DNA of 64,000 nucleotides, from contig CBDANF010000003.1 of assembly GCA_965197475.1 (NCBI GenBank), forward strand, positions 1,088,001 through 1,152,000, written 5' to 3'. The notes under the pieces are model-generated. The model was not told the origin of the DNA and searched no databases. It saw nothing but the letters and a program-made list of their open reading frames with translations. Shown one piece after another: positions 61,574-64,000 of this stretch. This DNA comes from Candidatus Poribacteria bacterium. GTDB lineage: Bacteria; Poribacteria; WGA-4E; WGA-3G. A program made the translations under genes and the position numbers. The stretch's first letter is position 1, and every line of letters starts with the position of its first letter.

Positions 61574-62770
61574 ATGAACATGGCAAAGTTAGCAATAAAT
61601 GGTGGTGAACCTGTTGTTAAACATGGTTTAGGTAAAAGTTGGCCCATTTTTGATGAAACAGAAGAAAATGCACTGTTAGAAGTATTACGTAGCGGTGCTT
61701 GGAACAGACGCGAAAAAGTTGACGAAGTCGGTGAGAAGTTTGCCGCATATCATGATGCAGAATACGGTATCCCGCTTGCGAACGGCACTGTGGCGTTGCA
61801 GTGCGCATTAAAGGCTGCCGGTATCACAGCGGGCGATGAGGTCATTGTTCCAGCACTCACATTTGTAGCAACAGGGACATCGGTTGTGTGCGTCAATGCG
61901 GTGCCGGTTATTGTTGATATAGACCCGCTCACCTATAACATTGCCCCCGATGCAATTGAGGCGGCGATTACGCCACGAACACGAGCAATTATCCCGGTGC
62001 ATAACGGTGGGTATCCTGCCGATATGGATGCGATTATGGATATTGCTGAAAGACACAATCTTAAGGTGATTGAGGATTGCGCGCATGCACACGGTTCACA
62101 GTGGCGCGGAAAAGGGATGGGTTCAATTGGACATCTCGGCACATTTAGTTTTCAGATAGGCAAAACGTTGACGTGTGGCGAAGGTGGAATGGTGCTAACA
62201 AACGACGAAGCACTCGCAAACAGTGCTAATCAAGTCGCAAATTTGAATATGCGAATGACAAACTTTCAAGCTGCGGTGTTATTATCTCAACTTGATCGTC
62301 TTGATGAGCAGGTAGAGACGCGCGAACGAAATATCGCATATCTTATGAAGGGTATGGAAGCGATAGATGGAATCCATCCGATTCCACGTGACGAACGCGT
62401 CACACGATGGTGTTTCTATTATTGGGATTTTCGCTTCGTCTCTGAGGAGTTCGGCGGCATTTCACGCGGCAGATTTTTTGAAGCACTTGGGGCAGAGGGT
62501 GTTCCGTGCGGAGTCGGTGCTCACGGACAACCTATTTATAACGAAGGACCTTTTGGTAATCCAGAGTTGTTTGACCAACTCGGATTGCCGCGTGAATACC
62601 TTGGCGATCATGCAATTGATTATAGCAAGGTTCACTGTCCACAAGCAGAACGGGCGTATCAGGAGGAGGTCTGCAGTTTCGGACATGCGATGTTTTTAGG
62701 CGACACTGACGATATGCAACTGATATTAGATGCATTCCAGAAGATTCGAATAAATGTAGATGAATTGTAA
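61574..62770 (+). CDS. DegT/DnrJ/EryC1/StrS PLP-dependent aminotransferase
   Basis: NGTVAL, GDEVIVP, IEDCAHAHG, FSFQIGKTLTCGEGG. Confidence 0.93.
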   Translation: MNMAKLAINGGEPVVKHGLGKSWPIFDETEENALLEVLRSGAWNRREKVDEVGEKFAAYHDAEYGIPLANGTVALQCALKAAGITAGDEVIVPALTFVATGTSVVCVNAVPVIVDIDPLTYNIAPDAIEAAITPRTRAIIPVHNGGYPADMDAIMDIAERHNLKVIEDCAHAHGSQWRGKGMGSIGHLGTFSFQIGKTLTCGEGGMVLTNDEALANSANQVANLNMRMTNFQAAVLLSQLDRLDEQVETRERNIAYLMKGMEAIDGIHPIPRDERVTRWCFYYWDFRFVSEEFGGISRGRFFEALGAEGVPCGVGAHGQPIYNEGPFGNPELFDQLGLPREYLGDHAIDYSKVHCPQAERAYQEEVCSFGHAMFLGDTDDMQLILDAFQKIRINVDEL

Positions 62771-62797
62771 CACTGGAACCTAAAAGATGTTCTGCAT

Positions 62798-64000
62798 CTA
62801 CTTTAATTTCAACGGTATGTTCAGTTCCTGTGGCAACGAACACTCCGTATCATTGCAGGCTTGATAGTTCAGTTTCAGAATGATCGGAACGCCTTTCTTG
62901 ATGGTGGTGTTGGATTTCTGTTTTAACTTTAGTGGTATCGTAAACGTTCCATCGTAAACGTTCACAGATTCAGGACTAAACTCAAATTTCATAAATTTAC
63001 CCTTGGGATACTTAACATTATTTATCTCTATTAAAGCATCTTTATCAACAGTAATTGTCGTAGGAATTAAGTTATCTTGACCTGCAGGGTTTGCATTAAT
63101 GTGCCAACCTGCTGCTATTTTTACCTGAACTTCCACGTCAATTTGCATACCCTTAGTCGGTGTTTTAATTTTGGCGGTTGCTGTTACCAGTGGCTGAGTT
63201 GAATCGTCGAGGCCTAATTCTCCCAGAGGTAATTTTGGCAGAATTGAACCGTCAAGTTCCGGTTTCCCCGCCAGTGTTGACGTATCACTATCTTCGTCTA
63301 TGTTAAAGTAACCGTTGAGGGCAAAGAGCATGTGCATGAAAGACGAGGGTGTTCCTTCCATCGCTTGCCCAAAACTACGAAGTGTTTTCTGGGCATAGTT
63401 TCGGTAGTCGCTATCAGACCCTTGCGCCATCAGTATCAAGAAATTGTTAACTGCCACAGCGTTTCCGGAAGGAATTGCTGAATCGTGAGGTTTTTTGGTG
63501 CGGACAATCAATTGCTTCGCATCTTCCTTTGTAAAATAGAAGCCTCCATTTTTGCCATCCCAGAAGAGTTCAATCATCTTGTCGGTTAGGGTTGTCGCGG
63601 AACGTAACCAACGTTCCTCTCTTGTGGCACTGGACAATCCGAGCAGGCCTTGAACGAAAAAGGCGTAATCATCAAGATAGGCATCGTACTTCGCAATGCT
63701 AGCGGTATACGTATGCCATAATTCGCCGTTCGGTTTTCTTAACTTGTCAAGAATGAACTGTGCGGCTTTTGATGCAGCGGTGAGATACTTTTCCTCGCCT
63801 AATACTTCATATCCGTAGGCGAGTGCATCTATCATCAAACCGTTCCAACTGACAATGATCTTTGTATCTAATAGCGGACGTTCGCGCTCCGATCGGGCTG
63901 CTAAAAGCGTTTCTCGCGCAGAGATTACAGTTTTGAGAGAAGTCTCTGATTCTACTCCGTTAGGAACGTACAGGACGTTTTTACCTTCAAAATTCGGACC
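62798..64000 (-). CDS. YyaL/SSP411-like protein with a C-terminal DsbD-N-like domain (partial, start beyond the window)
   Basis: DTKIIVSWNGLMI upstream of the called ORF; YLDDYAF, D.AIPSGN; C-terminal GWHINAN..YQACNDTEC. Confidence 0.85.
   Translation of the reverse strand, partial: GPNFEGKNVLYVPNGVESETSLKTVISARETLLAARSERERPLLDTKIIVSWNGLMIDALAYGYEVLGEEKYLTAASKAAQFILDKLRKPNGELWHTYTASIAKYDAYLDDYAFFVQGLLGLSSATREERWLRSATTLTDKMIELFWDGKNGGFYFTKEDAKQLIVRTKKPHDSAIPSGNAVAVNNFLILMAQGSDSDYRNYAQKTLRSFGQAMEGTPSSFMHMLFALNGYFNIDEDSDTSTLAGKPELDGSILPKLPLGELGLDDSTQPLVTATAKIKTPTKGMQIDVEVQVKIAAGWHINANPAGQDNLIPTTITVDKDALIEINNVKYPKGKFMKFEFSPESVNVYDGTFTIPLKLKQKSNTTIKKGVPIILKLNYQACNDTECSLPQELNIPLKLK

Overview
AT-rich (roughly 40-45% GC by eye) bacterial chromosomal window. 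It is most likely Candidatus Poribacteria or a relative; this is inferred from the C-terminal 'V-x-P-x-x-K-x-x-T-T-W-A-x-(L/I)-K' motif, the PhyH, sulfatase and FGE-domain genes, and the LRR/TPR lipoproteins. It holds about 50 CDSs covering envelope, redox and catabolic functions: DsbD, a PorX-like PglZ regulator, an ECF sigma/anti-sigma/HtrA operon, sulfatases, FGE-domain lipoproteins, di- and multi-haem cytochromes, GlmM/YvcK and internalin-like LRR lipoproteins. Mobile DNA includes two complete IS elements (IS1595 and IS1 families, each with TIRs and an 8-bp TSD), an IS701 remnant, and many MITEs and GTAG-type REPs. The top finding is that the ORF at 44664-45629 is the truncated call of a 369-codon signal-peptide-bearing beta-barrel-like protein starting at 45773, with two in-frame UGA codons forming a UxxU motif and a SECIS-like hairpin just downstream, i.e. 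a candidate di-selenocysteine outer-membrane protein. Other highlights are an identical 90-bp MITE in two places (one copy splits an 865-aa LRR lipoprotein), REP hairpins carried inside MITEs with several different end types, a shared C-terminal putative sorting signal, and several proteins with altered catalytic or ligand residues. No rRNA, tRNA or CRISPR array was seen.
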